Both the position numbers and the translations under genes were made by a program. The notes below the pieces were generated by a model. That model did not search any database and was not told the origin of the DNA. It saw nothing but the letters and a program-made list of their open reading frames with translations. Below, piece by piece: positions 62,523-64,000 of a stretch of 64,000 bases of DNA (position 1 is the stretch's first letter; each line of letters begins with the position of its first letter). The stretch is from Arcobacteraceae bacterium (lineage in GTDB: Bacteria; Campylobacterota; Campylobacteria; Campylobacterales; Arcobacteraceae): assembly GCA_965224485.1 (NCBI GenBank), contig CBDCZH010000003.1:1-64000 (forward strand). Reading direction: 5' to 3'.

Positions 62523-64000
62523 TAACTTCTCCACTATATTTAATTATTTCATCTTCTTCTAAATTATTATTTTTTATAAAATCATCAATATTAAAACTTT
62601 GTGAGATTTTAGAATTTTTTACACTTGTATTTTTTATTTCTTGAGCAATTATTTCATTATCTTTATTTAATGCATATAGTTTAACTTCTATATTTCTTCC
62701 ATCTTTTAAACCTGTATCAGCTTGAATAAGTAAAGAATTATCAAGCTGTTTACTTATAGCTGTTCCATAATCATTCGTTATTCTTGCATTTATTATATCA
62801 CCCTCATATAATACTTCACTTGCATCCAAACCACCATTAGCACTATTATCATTATAATTAGGAGTTTTAAAATGAATACCTGCACTATTTATTGTTAGAA
62901 CATTTCCTCCACATTTTAAAGATATTCCTTGTGAAGCAATAATCTCGGATATATCAGAAGCTTGTTCTTTTACACTTGTTGTCTCTAAATGAAAAGAACC
63001 AGAGATATCAACTCCCATTTCTAATCCAACTTGGACAAAGAAGTTTTCTAAGTACTTATCACTTACATCACCTTCGATATAAGTATGAAGTACATTTTTA
63101 ATTGAATCAATTAAGTCTTTTTCTATATATGTCTTTTTATCTCTTTTTACTATAGTATTGAAGTCTTTATTTACTTTTAGAGTTTTATCTTCTTGTATAG
63201 TATGTACTTCTTCATTTTCTACTGTTTTAATCGTCATTTGCTTTTATTATTCTTGAGGAGTTATTTCCTATTGTTTTATTATGGTCATTTTTTATTGTTA
63301 TTTCTTCATCATTTGTTATATGAGTTTTTGAGTTATTATCTATATTTCTATAAGAGTTATTTTGAGTATGAAGTTTATAATCATTTTGAGCTTTTAGATT
63401 TAGTACTTCTGAATCTCTTTTATCTTCAAAGCCTATTTCATTGAATCCTAATTTATCAGCATATGCTGGATAAGAAGCTGTTCTTATAAAAGATTTTGAT
63501 TTATTTTGGGGTAAAGAGTTGCTATGTTTATTTTCACCATTATGAATACTTGCAATTACAATTGGTTTATTTGGGTTTCCATTTATGAAACTTACTATTA
63601 CTTCGCTATTAACTCGAGGAAGGAATTGAGCTCCATAGTTATTTCCTGAGAAAATATTTGAAAGTCTGAGGTAGCTTGAAGTAGCTTTATTTTCTTCAAA
63701 ATGAAAGATTACTCTTACTCTTCCCTCATTATCAACATCTATTTCATTTGTATATTCACTTGGTTTATCATTTGCATTTGATACTATTGCACTTATACTT
63801 CCTGATATTTTTGTTTTTTTTGTTAATTTTTTTGGTTTATATATTACATCTGAAGGAATTGCTTTAAACGTGGTATAAAACTTTAAAGACGAGCTTTCTT
63901 CATTTGAAACAAATTCATCTAAAGCACTATCAAATTTTGCATAATATTTTACTTGCGTTATTATAACTTCTTTTTGTTTATTAGCTTTTTCATCATGCAA
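62512..64000 (-). CDS. vgrG: Type VI secretion spike protein VgrG (5'-partial; frameshift near 63230) with C-terminal extension
   Basis: VDNEGRVRVIF, GAQFLPRVNSEVIVSFINGNPNKP, NEIGFED, Gp5-like beta repeats continuing into the next frame, ISLKCGGNVLTINSAGI. Confidence 0.92.

Overview
Very AT-rich chromosomal window from a Campylobacterota bacterium, most likely Arcobacteraceae (judged from gene content and protein style). (1) 1-8 kb is a variable island beyond the 3' end of two tRNA-Asn genes. It holds an intact IS30, an exact 101-bp direct repeat and a recurring AGGCACCTTT junction motif. It also holds an alternating-orientation array of ~240-330 bp structured elements whose stems show compensatory changes (Flavo-1-like core), two attC-like sites next to small cassette-type genes (DUF3892, DUF3024, CopG/BrnA antitoxin), three toxin-antitoxin modules that each appear to have lost the toxin, and a two-gene unknown operon. 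(2) 8-19.5 kb is housekeeping: PAS kinase, tRNA-Asn x2, radical SAM, hemE, asd, gyrA, argJ, K+ channel, rpmB. (3) 19.5-39.3 kb is an LOS/LPS core locus (waaF to waaC, lpxL, waaL, dgkA, glycosyltransferases, many kinases). (4) 39-58 kb carries ppx, gltDB, a TRAP transporter, a two-component system, and a radical SAM gene and DEAD-box helicase that both appear to start at ATA. (5) 58.2-64 kb is a T6SS auxiliary module: vgrG with a C-terminal extension, a GHSHGG lipase-like effector, a secreted LRR protein, then a divergent effector C-terminal fragment coupled to a second LRR protein. Many single-base frameshifts, including one in gyrA, point to assembly indel errors, so split genes are called as probably intact.
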